From Escherichia coli (GTDB lineage Bacteria; Pseudomonadota; Gammaproteobacteria; Enterobacterales; Enterobacteriaceae), in the NCBI RefSeq assembly GCF_003018115.1, contig NZ_CP027457.1: 64,000 nucleotides of DNA; one strand, 5' to 3'. A model generated the notes under the pieces. The model did no database searches. It saw only the letters and a list, made by a program, of their open reading frames with translations, and was not told the origin of the DNA. Of this stretch, positions 18,004-29,289 are shown piece by piece (within the stretch, counting starts at the first letter, position 1; each line of letters begins with the position of its first letter). The position numbers and the translations under genes are program-made.

Positions 18004-18393
18004 ATGAAACGTTATTTACGCTGGATTGTGGCGGCAGAATTTCTGTTCGCCGCAGGGAATCTTCACGCCGTTGAGGTAGAAGTCCCGGGATTGTTAACTG
18101 ACCATACTGTTTCATCTATTGGCCATGATTTTTACCGAGCCTTTAGTGATAAATGGGAAAGTGACTATACGGGTAACTTAACGATTAATGAAAGGCCCAG
18201 TGCACGATGGGGAAGTTGGATCACTATAACGGTGAATCAGGACGTTATTTTCCAGACTTTTTTATTCCCGTTGAAAAGAGACTTCGAAAAAACTGTCGTC
18301 TTTGCACTGATTCAAACTGAAGAAGCACTAAATCGTCGCCAGATAAATCAGGCGTTATTAAGTACGGGCGATTTGGCGCATGATGAATTCTAA
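18004..18393 (+). CDS. csgE: curli secretion specificity factor
   Basis: 129 aa, 5 nt after csgD. Confidence 0.9.
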
Positions 18394-18417
18394 ATAAAAA
18401 ATTGTTCGGAGGCTGCA

Positions 18418-18834
18418 ATGCGTGTCAAACATGCAGTAGTTCTACTCATGCTTATTTCGCCATTAAGTTGGGCTGGAACCATGACTTTCCAGTTCCGTAA
18501 TCCAAACTTTGGTGGTAACCCAAATAATGGCGCTTTTTTATTAAATAGCGCTCAGGCCCAAAACTCTTATAAAGATCCGAGCTATAACGATGACTTTGGT
18601 ATTGAAACACCCTCAGCGTTAGATAACTTTACTCAGGCCATCCAGTCACAAATTTTAGGTGGGCTACTGTCGAATATTAATACCGGTAAACCGGGCCGCA
18701 TGGTGACCAACGATTATATTGTTGATATTGCTAACCGCGATGGTCAATTGCAGTTGAACGTGACAGATCGTAAAACCGGACAAACCTCGACCATCCAGGT
18801 TTCGGGTTTACAAAATAACTCAACCGATTTTTAA
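18418..18834 (+). CDS. csgF: curli assembly component
   Basis: 138 aa with signal peptide. Confidence 0.9.
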
Positions 18835-18860
18835 GCCCCAGCTTCATAAGGAAAATAATC

Positions 18861-19694
18861 ATGCAGCGCTTATTTCTTTTGGTTGCCGTCATGTTACTGA
18901 GCGGATGCTTAACCGCCCCGCCTAAAGAAGCCGCCAGACCGACATTAATGCCTCGTGCTCAGAGCTACAAAGATTTGACCCATCTGCCAGCGCCGACGGG
19001 TAAGATCTTTGTTTCGGTATACAACATTCAGGACGAAACCGGGCAATTTAAACCCTACCCGGCAAGTAACTTCTCCACTGCTGTTCCGCAAAGCGCCACG
19101 GCGATGCTGGTCACGGCATTGAAAGATTCTCGCTGGTTTATACCGCTGGAGCGCCAGGGCTTACAAAACCTGCTTAACGAGCGCAAGATTATTCGTGCTG
19201 CACAAGAAAACGGCACGGTTGCCATTAATAACCGAATCCCGCTGCAATCTTTAACGGCGGCAAATATCATGGTTGAAGGTTCGATTATCGGTTATGAAAG
19301 CAACGTCAAATCGGGCGGGGTTGGGGCAAGATATTTTGGGATCGGTGCCGACACGCAATACCAGCTCGATCAGATTGCCGTGAACCTGCGCGTCGTCAAT
19401 GTGAGTACCGGTGAGATCCTCTCCTCGGTGAACACCAGTAAGACGATACTTTCCTATGAAGTTCAGGCCGGGGTTTTCCGCTTTATTGACTACCAGCGCT
19501 TGCTGGAAGGGGAAGTGGGTTACACCTCGAACGAACCCGTTATGCTGTGCCTGATGTCGGCTATCGAAACAGGGGTCATTTTCCTGATTAATGATGGTAT
19601 TGACCGTGGTCTGTGGGATTTGCAGAACAAAGCAGAACGGCAGAATGACATTCTGGTGAAATACCGCCATATGTCGGTTCCACCGGAATCCTGA
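18861..19694 (+). CDS. csgG: curli secretion channel lipoprotein
   Basis: 277 aa, lipobox LLSGC. Confidence 0.95.
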   Translation: MQRLFLLVAVMLLSGCLTAPPKEAARPTLMPRAQSYKDLTHLPAPTGKIFVSVYNIQDETGQFKPYPASNFSTAVPQSATAMLVTALKDSRWFIPLERQGLQNLLNERKIIRAAQENGTVAINNRIPLQSLTAANIMVEGSIIGYESNVKSGGVGARYFGIGADTQYQLDQIAVNLRVVNVSTGEILSSVNTSKTILSYEVQAGVFRFIDYQRLLEGEVGYTSNEPVMLCLMSAIETGVIFLINDGIDRGLWDLQNKAERQNDILVKYRHMSVPPES

Positions 19695-19741
19695 CAGATA
19701 AAAATGCCAGAATTAATAATCCGGCATTTACTGTTTAAGCG

Positions 19742-19773
19742 AAAGCGTGAGTGCCCCTCACGCTTTATTTTTG
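19742..19773 (+). terminator. Rho-independent terminator after csgG
   Basis: aaagcgtgag / ctcacgcttt 10-bp stem followed by atttttg; overlaps ycdZ stop. Confidence 0.5.
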
Positions 19774-20249
19774 ATTTCCTGCTCACGGTGAGCCGTCTTT
19801 GCACTACGCGCCGCCAGCCACAGGCCGCTGTTTTTCATTGCGTAACCAAATACCAGCCCAAGCGCCAGCGAAGGTAACACCAGTTTCCAGTCACCCTGCC
19901 CGGCAAACGTCGCGCATGCGCCTATAAACGTCCCCGGAACAAATGAAAGCAGCAGCTGTTTGGCCTGAATACACATCAGAAACGCGACAATACCGGTTAT
20001 GACATAACCGAGAATTTCCAGATGTGGCGTCAGTGCACTACCGTAAATAATGACCATCGCCCACACCACGCCACTAAGCAGGGTTGCAGCGGAGATCGCC
20101 AGCCCTTTCAGCCCACCTTGCGGGCAAGCAAAGTAGGCCGTACAGCCCAGGAAGCCCGCCCAGCTTAGTAAGCCCAGGGAAACAGCCACCCATCCCCAGA
20201 TACCGGAGAGAATGCCTGTTGTGATTGCAATAGAGAGAAGTATGTTCAT
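19758..20249 (-). CDS. ycdZ: inner membrane protein YcdZ
   Basis: 163 aa from ATG 20249 (MNILLSIAITTGILSG...). Confidence 0.8.
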   Translation of the reverse strand: MNILLSIAITTGILSGIWGWVAVSLGLLSWAGFLGCTAYFACPQGGLKGLAISAATLLSGVVWAMVIIYGSALTPHLEILGYVITGIVAFLMCIQAKQLLLSFVPGTFIGACATFAGQGDWKLVLPSLALGLVFGYAMKNSGLWLAARSAKTAHREQEIKNKA

Positions 20250-20350
20250 GCCGCGCATGATAGCAGAAAACGCGGCCATGAATGAGATCGAGCACACATT
20301 TTATGCAACAACAAATTATCAGTTGCAGTTATGAGTGACGTAGATCACAT

Positions 20351-20905
20351 TTACTCTTCAGAATCCTCTTCCAGCTCGTCCCACATTGCACTAATGGCAT
20401 CACGGGTTAGCGGTGCCATGGTGCGCCAGAAAGGCGTGGTTGCATGGGCCTCCACTTTGCCAAGGAACGCGCCACACCAGGGTACCAGATACTCACTGAA
20501 CAGTGTTTCCAGTGCTTCGCTCTCATCTTCCGTTGACTGATCTTCCAGCCAGGAAGCCGCGAGCAGCAATGTGCCGATGTGATCGGCTGGCGTATCTGCT
20601 AATGGCATCCCTCGCTCAGAAAGAAAAGCGCGCACTTCCGCTTCCGTTGCGTCCTCAACCCATGCGCTACGATATGGCGGCACGGCACATTCATCGCCGA
20701 TAAACAACGCATTGTAATCGGCAGAGACTTGCGTCATATCACAGCTTTTCTGCAAACGTGTCAGCAACTCATCCTGCTCCAGTGGCCAGTTCGCAGCCAG
20801 TTTCCCCTCACGAATCAGGGTAAACAGCGGCACCAGTAAAGGATCTTGCGGTTGGCGGTAATAGAGCGAACCCAGCACACGACAGAGGATAGAAAACTCG
20901 TTCAT
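20351..20905 (-). CDS. ycdY: TorD-family redox enzyme maturation chaperone
   Basis: 184 aa. Confidence 0.85.
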   Translation of the reverse strand: MNEFSILCRVLGSLYYRQPQDPLLVPLFTLIREGKLAANWPLEQDELLTRLQKSCDMTQVSADYNALFIGDECAVPPYRSAWVEDATEAEVRAFLSERGMPLADTPADHIGTLLLAASWLEDQSTEDESEALETLFSEYLVPWCGAFLGKVEAHATTPFWRTMAPLTRDAISAMWDELEEDSEE

Positions 20906-20928
20906 TAATATATTTCCATTACTAGTAA

Positions 20929-21666
20929 TTAAAGGTCTGCAAATTCCGCAATCGGTGCCATACCGCGAGATTCAAGGAAGTTCAGTAAGCGGCGCGGAGA
21001 AACATTCAAAATGCGCTCTGGCGGAAAATCTACCGCGTCGAGGATTTTAAGACACTCTTCAAATTCCCCCAGGGTAAACGCGGTGTGAGAATCCGAGCCT
21101 AATGCAACCCAACCTCCAGCATCACGTACCGCTGCGGCTACCGCACGACAGTTGTCTTCACTGCCCTTACGTGAGTGTAAAAATGAGGAATTATTGATTT
21201 CCAGCGCCACCTGATGTTTCGCGGCTGCTTCAGCAACGGCTTTAACATCTATTTCATATTTCGGATTTCCGGGATGGCTTATTATATGCACATTGCCGCT
21301 GGCGATAGTGGCGATCATCGCTTGTGTATTGGTCGCTTTGTCATGTGGTGCAAAAACCGGCTCATGAAAACCGGCAATAATCAGATCCAGCGAGTCAAAC
21401 ATTTTACCGCTGCAATCAATTTCACCATCAACATTTTTAATGTTAGCTTCGATGCCGCGCAGGATCCCTACCCCATCAACCACTCGCGGCCAGATACGCA
21501 TGTTAATGAAGTGCCAGTGATGCGGCGCATCTTCCATATCCGGGCCATGATCGGTGATCGCAAAAAGTTTAATGCCCTTTTGTTTGGCCTGGGCAATGTA
21601 ATCACTCAATGTGCTATATGCATGTGTGCTGGCAACGGTATGCATATGAAGGTCGACGGGATACAT
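20929..21666 (-). CDS. ycdX: PHP-family zinc phosphatase
   Basis: 245 aa, PHP His motifs ([13 protein letters not shown]...). Confidence 0.9.
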   Translation of the reverse strand: MYPVDLHMHTVASTHAYSTLSDYIAQAKQKGIKLFAITDHGPDMEDAPHHWHFINMRIWPRVVDGVGILRGIEANIKNVDGEIDCSGKMFDSLDLIIAGFHEPVFAPHDKATNTQAMIATIASGNVHIISHPGNPKYEIDVKAVAEAAAKHQVALEINNSSFLHSRKGSEDNCRAVAAAVRDAGGWVALGSDSHTAFTLGEFEECLKILDAVDFPPERILNVSPRRLLNFLESRGMAPIAEFADL

Positions 21667-21720
21667 AACTCTCTCCTGTATTCAATTCCCGCCAAGGATA
21701 GCAGGAATCCTGATGCTTTA

Positions 21721-22698
<978 letters not shown>

Positions 22699-22892
22699 TT
22701 ATCGTTATGATCTACAAAGGCCACCAGCATAACAAATCCGTGGTCGGTGGCAAAAAAAGCAGATTTCGCTTATTAAAACCACACATTGATTGAAGTTTGA
22801 ATAAACGCGCGATTTTTTAAAAAAGTTTGTTGACCTCAGGTCATGATTTCCCTAAATTAGCGCCCGTTCCAGCAAGACAGGAACGACAATTT

Positions 22893-22980
22893 GGTGAGGT
22901 GTCCGAGTGGCTGAAGGAGCACGCCTGGAAAGTGTGTATACGGCAACGTATCGGGGGTTCGAATCCCCCCCTCACCGCCA
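22893..22980 (+). tRNA. serX: tRNA-Ser (anticodon GGA)
   Basis: 88-nt sequence with 7-bp acceptor stem ggtgagg / cctcacc, long variable arm, anticodon loop ctGGAaa, TPsiC ggttcgaatcc and 3' CCA. Confidence 0.93.
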
Positions 22981-22986
22981 GATTAT

Positions 22987-23026
22987 AAGCGCATGTTATT
23001 GTTTAACATGCGCTTTTTTATTTTTC
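22987..23026 (+). terminator. Rho-independent terminator of serX
   Basis: aagcgcatgtta / taacatgcgctt 12-bp stem followed by ttttatttttcc. Confidence 0.7.
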
Positions 23027-23129
23027 CTTCCAGACAGTATGCCATCGGGTATGCCATCTGAAACCGGTTTATATGCCCCGCGATCATATCTTATCGGACA
23101 ATTTCCGATCTTTGAGCATACTGGCAAAG

Positions 23130-23971
23130 CTATACTGCCAGCATGTCAGGATAGTGTTTTGCGATAATATCATTCAGTCTGTCAACCAGTTCTGGTTTTC
23201 TGAACGTGATATGCGCGGAGCCCTTCTTAAAGTATCTGATGCTGAACATCTCATCTTCATAGTCCTCTTTTCCCTGAACAGATTGGATATGGTCATCCAG
23301 ATGAATGGTGATGTTTTCCCGGTTGTCGGGGATCGGTTTGCCGCTGAACAGGTGCAGCATTCTTTCCAGATCGGCAAGTCGATCGGCCTGTTGCCCGGTG
23401 ATAAGATGCCCCCCCACCGGTCCCACCTCACCAGATTGTTGACGATAATTTTACTGCCAAATTTGCAGGGTGAATTGGTTTTGTAATTCCAGCTCAGTCC
23501 CCTGAAAACGTTGATCACCCCTCGCTCAAACACTTCATCTTTGTTCTGGTGCAGTTGTTCAAACGTGCTCAGGATATTCGCTTCGCTGATTTCCGGAAAA
23601 TTATCGTACTCCAGTGACCGGTACCATGTATCACGGGCTTGTGCATCCATTAATGACAGCATCCCTGAACGTTGCATCAGGTCACGCCAGATTTCGCGGT
23701 CAAGGTTGTGGGTGATGGCTTTCATTGCGGTTTCCGGTTTCTCCATGAGCCAGCAGCCACAGCGAAAATCCTGTTTCATGGCCCAGTCCAGTGCGGTTTT
23801 ACCTCCGATGCTTTCCGCCAGCACCGAGATTTCTGCCAGTTGCCGGATAAGCGTGTCGATTTGCAGCAGTGTACTTTTTCGTACAGCCAGAATGTGGCGG
23901 ATACTGGTTGAGCAGATAACGTCCGTATGCCCGTTGACAACTTCCAGACGAGAGGCTGTGATATCAGACAT
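23130..23971 (-). pseudogene. hypothetical island protein (possibly DUF4942-like), frameshifted
   Basis: Two overlapping minus-strand ORFs (23174-23971 and 23130-23426) in different frames joined at a 7-C run (plus strand 23409-23415); tail of the first ORF is low-complexity while the second frame continues plausibly. Confidence 0.5.
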
Positions 23972-24179
23972 AATCGATTATATGAACGCATCCCGTTTGC
24001 AAAGGCATCCATTGTTCTGACATCGACGGTAGGTTGCAGCTTTATATCCGGCTTTATTGCAGCCCGGAAGCTGCGAGCCCCTATGTAATTCGCCGACTCA
24101 CGCCTCATTTCCTCAGCGGGCTTTAGGCCCAATCGATTATCCAGGTTTAGTGAGTCACGGTCTTACCTGTCTTTGTCAT

Positions 24180-25480
24180 CACGCTGGCTGCCAGAGCAAC
24201 CTTTCTGCATTCACCCTTTTGTAAAGAGTTTATGTTTATCGGTATCAGCGATTAATCAGGCCTGATACTGACATGATTTTTGTCGTATTTACGTCCGTGA
24301 GCGGCTATTGCCCACACCGTTCGCGCCAGCTTGTTTGCCATTGCGACGATTGCCACGCTGGCCGGACGACGCTTTTTCAGTTCGGTTATCCATGGACCAG
24401 GTTCTTTGGTCAGTAATGCTGCCGCCCTTGCACCATGAATAAACAGGGTTCGCAGATATTTATCACCACGTTTGCTTATTCCCAGCAGGCGGATTTTTCC
24501 TCCTGAGCCTGTCTGTCTGGGCACCAGACCGATAAACGCGGCGAATTCCCGTCCCGACTTAAAGGCGGAGGCGTCTCCCATCGTGGCAACGGCAGCGGTG
24601 GCGATTAACGGCCCCACGCCTGGGATGTTCAGTAACCGCTGACAGGTTTCATTCTGTCTGGCTACCGCCTGCAACTGCTTCTCAATGTGGTCAAGATGTT
24701 CATCAAGTTCAGTAATTCGCTGATATTGTTCATCCAGCATGTTTATCAGGTAGAGCGGTAGCCGCTCCTTCAGACGCTCCAGGGCTTCCGGCACCTCCTT
24801 CGCCAAAGCAGCACGCCCCTTGTGCGTCGTTTCACCAAATTCCAGCAAGAGACCGTGAAGCGCGTTTATTTGTGCTGTCCTGAACTTCACCAGTTGCTGG
24901 CGCATTCGGTGTAACCCCAGCGTAGCCTGTTGCTCCTCGCTTTTAACGGCGACGGATTTTACCGGCTGCTGAACCGCCAGCCAGATGGCTCGGGCGTCCA
25001 TCACATCGTTTTTATTTCCCATCACGAATGCTTTGACGAACCGGCCTTTGAGTAATCTGACCTTATGTCCCAGTTTCTGAAGCTCACGCGCCCAGTGATG
25101 AGAACCCCCACAGGCCTCCATGCCGATAAGGCAGGGTTCACGGTTGCTGAAATATTCAAGGAATTTCTCACGCTTAACCTGCTTATCGATAATCTCTCCG
25201 GTATGTTCATCAACGAAATGCACCTGCATAAGATGTTTTGCAATATCAACCCCGACAGGGATATATTTCATGGTGTGGATCCTCCAGTCTGTTGGGAGCG
25301 AAACGCATCCCGTTGGGCACGATGATGCCGGAAATCTGCGGGGATCCACACTCATCTACTTAATCCCCGAGCGGCTCATTTCATAATGTTGGGATGCGTT
25401 CATTACATTTCCTTTTTGCAGATAAATGAAAACGCCAGCCCTGTTCAGGCTGACGTCAGTGGAATAAAGTCTGGTGAGTG
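24180..25480 (-). mobile_element. IS110-family insertion sequence, boundaries approximate
   Basis: Single DEDD-type transposase gene with about 200 bp of structured upstream non-coding DNA; no terminal inverted repeats recognised, as is usual for IS110; ends not mapped. Confidence 0.55.
24252..25271 (-). CDS. IS110-family transposase/recombinase
   Basis: 339 aa from ATG 25271 (MKYIPVGVDIAKHLMQVHFVDEHTGEI...) with GGAGG RBS 6 nt upstream; track ORF is extended 28 codons. Confidence 0.85.
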   Translation of the reverse strand: MKYIPVGVDIAKHLMQVHFVDEHTGEIIDKQVKREKFLEYFSNREPCLIGMEACGGSHHWARELQKLGHKVRLLKGRFVKAFVMGNKNDVMDARAIWLAVQQPVKSVAVKSEEQQATLGLHRMRQQLVKFRTAQINALHGLLLEFGETTHKGRAALAKEVPEALERLKERLPLYLINMLDEQYQRITELDEHLDHIEKQLQAVARQNETCQRLLNIPGVGPLIATAAVATMGDASAFKSGREFAAFIGLVPRQTGSGGKIRLLGISKRGDKYLRTLFIHGARAAALLTKEPGPWITELKKRRPASVAIVAMANKLARTVWAIAAHGRKYDKNHVSIRPD

Positions 25481-25484
25481 AGAT

Positions 25485-25682
25485 TCACCGGTTCTGGTGC
25501 AGAAGCTGCAGTTGGCGCAGGGTACGGATATCCTCCCCGGCCTGTTCAATACAGGGCAACAGTGCTGCCGAATCCGTTTTATCTTCATCGTTGTCAAAGA
25601 TAATCCCCGATTCGCAGTCGATATTGTCCTGCAGCCACGCAATCAGAATATCCAGTGCTGTTTCCGTGGTTAATGATTTCAT
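25485..25682 (-). CDS. small CP4-like island protein (DUF957-like, tentative)
   Basis: 65 aa from MKSLTTETALDILIAWLQDNIDCESG...; family name from memory. Confidence 0.45.
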   Translation of the reverse strand: MKSLTTETALDILIAWLQDNIDCESGIIFDNDEDKTDSAALLPCIEQAGEDIRTLRQLQLLHQNR

Positions 25683-25693
25683 GTTGTTCCTGG

Positions 25694-26182
25694 TTACCAG
25701 TCGAAAGTGGGTAAATCCGGCAGACATTCGGCGCTGGCATCCAGATGAATGAGACTGACGCCATAACGTCGGGTAAGTGTGACAACCAGACGGCGGAACG
25801 TTTTTGACAGCCCCAGGCGTTTAAGCCGCAGAACCGGGTATGACCACGCACCGGTACGTAACAGATATCCGCTACCTGTGAAATGAATCCATTCTGATTC
25901 GCCAGTGTCATTCGTCTGATGTGACAGCGAATACAACCAGGCGTTGTCCTTTGCCGTGATATGCGCGGTACTGCAGCGTATGCCGGTCAGGGCAGCAAAT
26001 GGTGGCGTGCGCTCTGCTGATGTCCGGTCAGATTCATCAACAACACGAAGGGAGTAGCCATTGTCGCAGGCCACGTTAATCAGTTCAGCGAGATTAACAC
26101 CATCGACGTCAACGACAATTCGTCCCATGTTCAGCGCCTGCACGTTAACGCTGTCTGCTTCCAGCGTCAGGGCCAGTTTCAT
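25694..26182 (-). CDS. yeeW: YeeW-like protein
   Basis: 162 aa immediately downstream of the cbtA-like toxin gene with ATGA overlap. Confidence 0.55.
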   Translation of the reverse strand: MKLALTLEADSVNVQALNMGRIVVDVDGVNLAELINVACDNGYSLRVVDESDRTSAERTPPFAALTGIRCSTAHITAKDNAWLYSLSHQTNDTGESEWIHFTGSGYLLRTGAWSYPVLRLKRLGLSKTFRRLVVTLTRRYGVSLIHLDASAECLPDLPTFDW

Positions 26183-26556
26183 TGTTTCGCCCCCGGATGT
26201 TTACCCAGGGTAATGTTATTTACCGTTCTGTAATTGTCGCGGGTCATCAGGCCTGTCGCCCGGCGGGCCCGGAGGATATCGATGCTGTTTATTAACTGAG
26301 AGTGGGTACAGGTGCTGAATCCCGGCTGGTCGGTACGCACCAGTGCGTATTTTTCCACGAGAAAGTTCACCGCATCGCACAGTGAAATGCCGGCCTCAAT
26401 ATGCTGCTCAATCACACGTTCATCAGCGAACGGTGTGTCATTCAGCGTAAGGCCGTAGTGCTGGTCCAGTAGTCGGGAGAGCAGTGTCTGCCAGATGGTG
26501 ACGGGAGACGGGCTGCGCGATGCCTCCCGTACGTGTGTATCGGGTAATGTTTTCAT
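26179..26556 (-). CDS. cbtA: CbtA/YeeV-family type IV toxin
   Basis: 125 aa; WQTLLSRLLDQHYGLTLNDTPFADERVIEQHIEAGISLCDAVNFLVEKYALVRTD is near-identical to CbtA-family toxins. Confidence 0.8.
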   Translation of the reverse strand: MKTLPDTHVREASRSPSPVTIWQTLLSRLLDQHYGLTLNDTPFADERVIEQHIEAGISLCDAVNFLVEKYALVRTDQPGFSTCTHSQLINSIDILRARRATGLMTRDNYRTVNNITLGKHPGAKQ

Positions 26557-26645
26557 ACTGAAGATTTTCCTGATATGAGAGATTAAATTTTGAGGAGAGT
26601 GGTGCTGTAGCGCACCGGGCCGGAGCAGACGATTATTTCGGTGGT

Positions 26646-27014
26646 TTACTTTTTCGTTTCTGGCGTCGGATAAACAGCCATATAAACGTAACCACAGCTG
26701 CCGAGGGTGTCGGCTTCGCAGGTCAGCCCTCTGGCATACAGCGTGACGGTATGCTGATGGCTGGGGCTGAGTTCACCGCTGGTGAGCATGAGTTCCAGTT
26801 GTTTCATCAGCAGCGGAAAGGCCTGGTCCAGATGGTACGCATCCGCGTCGCTGAACCGGCCTCTGATACCGGCGCGGTCTGCAAGGTAATGCAACCGGTT
26901 ACCCTCCTGCACCAGACGTGCCCCAAAACAGGGCGTCACGGTGCAGGGTAGCCCCCACCAGGGGCGGTCGTTGTTATCGTCGGGATGCGTTGTCCCGGGG
27001 AGAGTGTCTGACAC
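26646..27014 (-). CDS. cbeA: CbeA/YeeU-family type IV antitoxin
   Basis: 122 aa; MSDTLPGTTHPDDNNDRPWWGLPCTVTPCFGARLVQEGNRLHYLADRAGIRG is CbeA-like. Confidence 0.8.
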   Translation of the reverse strand: MSDTLPGTTHPDDNNDRPWWGLPCTVTPCFGARLVQEGNRLHYLADRAGIRGRFSDADAYHLDQAFPLLMKQLELMLTSGELSPSHQHTVTLYARGLTCEADTLGSCGYVYMAVYPTPETKK

Positions 27015-27093
27015 GATAAAATCCTCACAGAAAATTGGTTAAGAATGGTCCGGTGGTGGCGATAATTCTGCTCTTCTGAATGCCCTTCCAGAC

Positions 27094-27315
27094 TCAGTTC
27101 AGGGTGACGCTCATCAGCCGGACATACGGACCGAAACTGTCCTTACGGCGTTCTGCAAACACAGCCAGCACACCGGGAATATCCTGCACTTCACGGCCGG
27201 TATATGTATCCGTGCTACCGTGCCAGCGGTATTTACCGGTACAGAACGGAAAAAGACGGGATGCAGGATGCTGACGGTGAATACGCATGGCTTCACCACG
27301 GGGGATGATTTTCAT
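27094..27315 (-). CDS. yeeT: YeeT-like small protein (DUF987-like)
   Basis: 73 aa between radC-like and cbeA genes. Confidence 0.55.
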   Translation of the reverse strand: MKIIPRGEAMRIHRQHPASRLFPFCTGKYRWHGSTDTYTGREVQDIPGVLAVFAERRKDSFGPYVRLMSVTLN

Positions 27316-27401
27316 GAGAATAGTCCTCCTGAATGTGAAAGTAAGAAACAGCTGAGAAAGAGAAACTGAAGTGATATGAAGGTGATTGTGACGGTGACGG
27401 G

Positions 27402-27893
27402 TTAAAGCAGTCCGTGTTCCGCAAAGGAGAAAACCTGGCTGCCACCGACTATCAGATGGTCCGGCACCCGGATATCCACCAGAGCCAGTGCCTGTACCAG
27501 ACGTTCCGTGATAAGGCGGTCTGCCTTGCTGGGTGTGACTTCACCGGACGGGTGATTGTGCGCCAGCACCACGGCAGCGGCATTGTGATACAGGGCGCGT
27601 TTAATCACTTCCCGGGGATGGACTTCCGTGCGGTTGATGGTGCCGGTGAAGAGGGTTTCACCGGCAATCAGCTGATTCTGGTTGTTCAGATACAGCACCC
27701 GGAATTCTTCACGCTCCAGTCCCGCCATGTTAAGAATCAGCCATTCCCGTGCCGCACGGGTGGAGGTGAAGGCCACGCCGGGTTCATGAAGATGGCGGTC
27801 CAGGGTTTTCAGGGCCCGCAGAATGAGACTGCGCTCGCCGGGCGTCATCTCTCCGGGCAGAAAGGAAAGCTGCTGCATTGTTCCTGCCTCCAT
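27402..27893 (-). CDS. yeeS: RadC-like JAB/MPN domain protein
   Basis: 163 aa with JAMM motif HNHPSGEVTPSKAD. Confidence 0.8.
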   Translation of the reverse strand: MEAGTMQQLSFLPGEMTPGERSLILRALKTLDRHLHEPGVAFTSTRAAREWLILNMAGLEREEFRVLYLNNQNQLIAGETLFTGTINRTEVHPREVIKRALYHNAAAVVLAHNHPSGEVTPSKADRLITERLVQALALVDIRVPDHLIVGGSQVFSFAEHGLL

Positions 27894-28379
27894 TCAGTCG
27901 ATGATGCGCATAATGGCGCTGCATTCCGGATGCTGCAGGGCGTAATCCCGCAGCCGGTAATAATGGACCGTCATGGCATAACACTCCGTACGACAGGCAT
28001 GATGACTGTACGTCATCAGACAGGCAGCAATGCCGGCGGCTTCCGGACTCATTTCAGCGCGGTTACCGTTCATGGCATTGAACAGTACCCATTTTTCGTC
28101 ATCATCGTCATCCGGTTCAGGTGCCATAAATGCCCCGCCGTTGTTCAGGGTGTACAGATTCCAGATACCACCGCAGTAGTCTTCGCACAGACGGTCCATC
28201 CAGCCGAAAACACGGGGCTCCAGGGTCACCCACTGTGGAATGAGGCCAAAATGCTGCGGCCAGAAGCTGATGCGCTGTTCATCAGGGACTATGGTGGCAA
28301 CCAGCTGAGGCTGGTCATTCCCTGATGCAGCGGTTACGGAAACAGAAGGAGTGGTGGAATTATGCAAGACGGTTGTCAT
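27894..28379 (-). CDS. antirestriction protein (ArdB/KlcA-like, YfjX family)
   Basis: 161 aa acidic protein; ATGA overlap with downstream radC-like gene. Confidence 0.65.
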   Translation of the reverse strand: MTTVLHNSTTPSVSVTAASGNDQPQLVATIVPDEQRISFWPQHFGLIPQWVTLEPRVFGWMDRLCEDYCGGIWNLYTLNNGGAFMAPEPDDDDDEKWVLFNAMNGNRAEMSPEAAGIAACLMTYSHHACRTECYAMTVHYYRLRDYALQHPECSAIMRIID

Positions 28380-28470
28380 GAGATGATTCCTTATAAAAAG
28401 TAAATGAATGGAAGAAACCCCGGGGGAAGGGACAGACGTGAGTCAGAACTGCGCTTTCAGGGAAAAGGCA

Positions 28471-29289
28471 TCAGCACATGCTCTCCAGCAGCGTTTCAGC
28501 CATCACCCACAATGCGCGGTTGAGCTTAATATCGGTGTCGATGCTGTGAATGGCCCGGGTATGGATACGTTTTCCTCTGGCACTGCGACCGGAAATCCCG
28601 CCTTTCAGCATATTCTCCTGGATGGTCTGATAAGCACTCCACAGGTCCTTACCGTAATCCTCCCGGCGTCGTGGCGTCAGAATGTCGGCGGTGGTGACGG
28701 GCTGATGTTCGTCACCATAACGGTAAGTCAGTGCCGCCTGTGCCAGCGCCTGGCGTGCCGGTGGCGGCAGAATCAGCGACTGCATGGCATCACGTTTCTC
28801 TTCAATCCGGTCAAAAACCCCCACCACCTCGTAAGCACCTTCAATCACCCTGTCCACCACGTTTCCCCGGTGTGGCACCCGGACTTCTCCCAGCGACTGA
28901 CCGCAGACCAGGCCATTGGTGCAGATGGCACGAAAATATCCGGGTAACATCTGGTAGCTGGATGAACCGTCATGGGAGTTGAGCAGAATAATTTCAGGCA
29001 CATGCTGACCGGTTATCTGTCCGGCCCGCCGCAGACGCAGCATATGTTTGGTATATTCCCGGCGGCTCTGGTCGCGCACACGGGTCTGGCAGGCGAAGAA
29101 CGGCTGAAAGCCTTCCCGCTGCAGATTTTCCAGGACGGTGATGGTGGGAATGTACGCATACCGTTCACTGCGGGAGGTGTGCCGGTCTTCTCCAAAAATA
29201 CTCGGGACGTGGTACATCAGTTCTTCGCGTGTCAGTGGGCGCTCCCGACGGATCTGATTTACATGACCAAAACGACTGGCTAATTGCAT
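28471..29289 (-). CDS. DUF932-like protein (YfjQ/YafZ family)
   Basis: 272 aa in the conserved CP4-like gene order. Confidence 0.6.
   Translation of the reverse strand: MQLASRFGHVNQIRRERPLTREELMYHVPSIFGEDRHTSRSERYAYIPTITVLENLQREGFQPFFACQTRVRDQSRREYTKHMLRLRRAGQITGQHVPEIILLNSHDGSSSYQMLPGYFRAICTNGLVCGQSLGEVRVPHRGNVVDRVIEGAYEVVGVFDRIEEKRDAMQSLILPPPARQALAQAALTYRYGDEHQPVTTADILTPRRREDYGKDLWSAYQTIQENMLKGGISGRSARGKRIHTRAIHSIDTDIKLNRALWVMAETLLESMC

Noticed and set aside
23776-24132. 118-aa minus-strand ORF
   Set aside because: Overlaps the 5' end of the frameshifted island gene and the presumed IS110 end; no recognisable features
27414-28325. 303-aa plus-strand ORF
   Set aside because: Lies antisense across the radC-like and antirestriction genes, which have clear family features; treated as a shadow ORF
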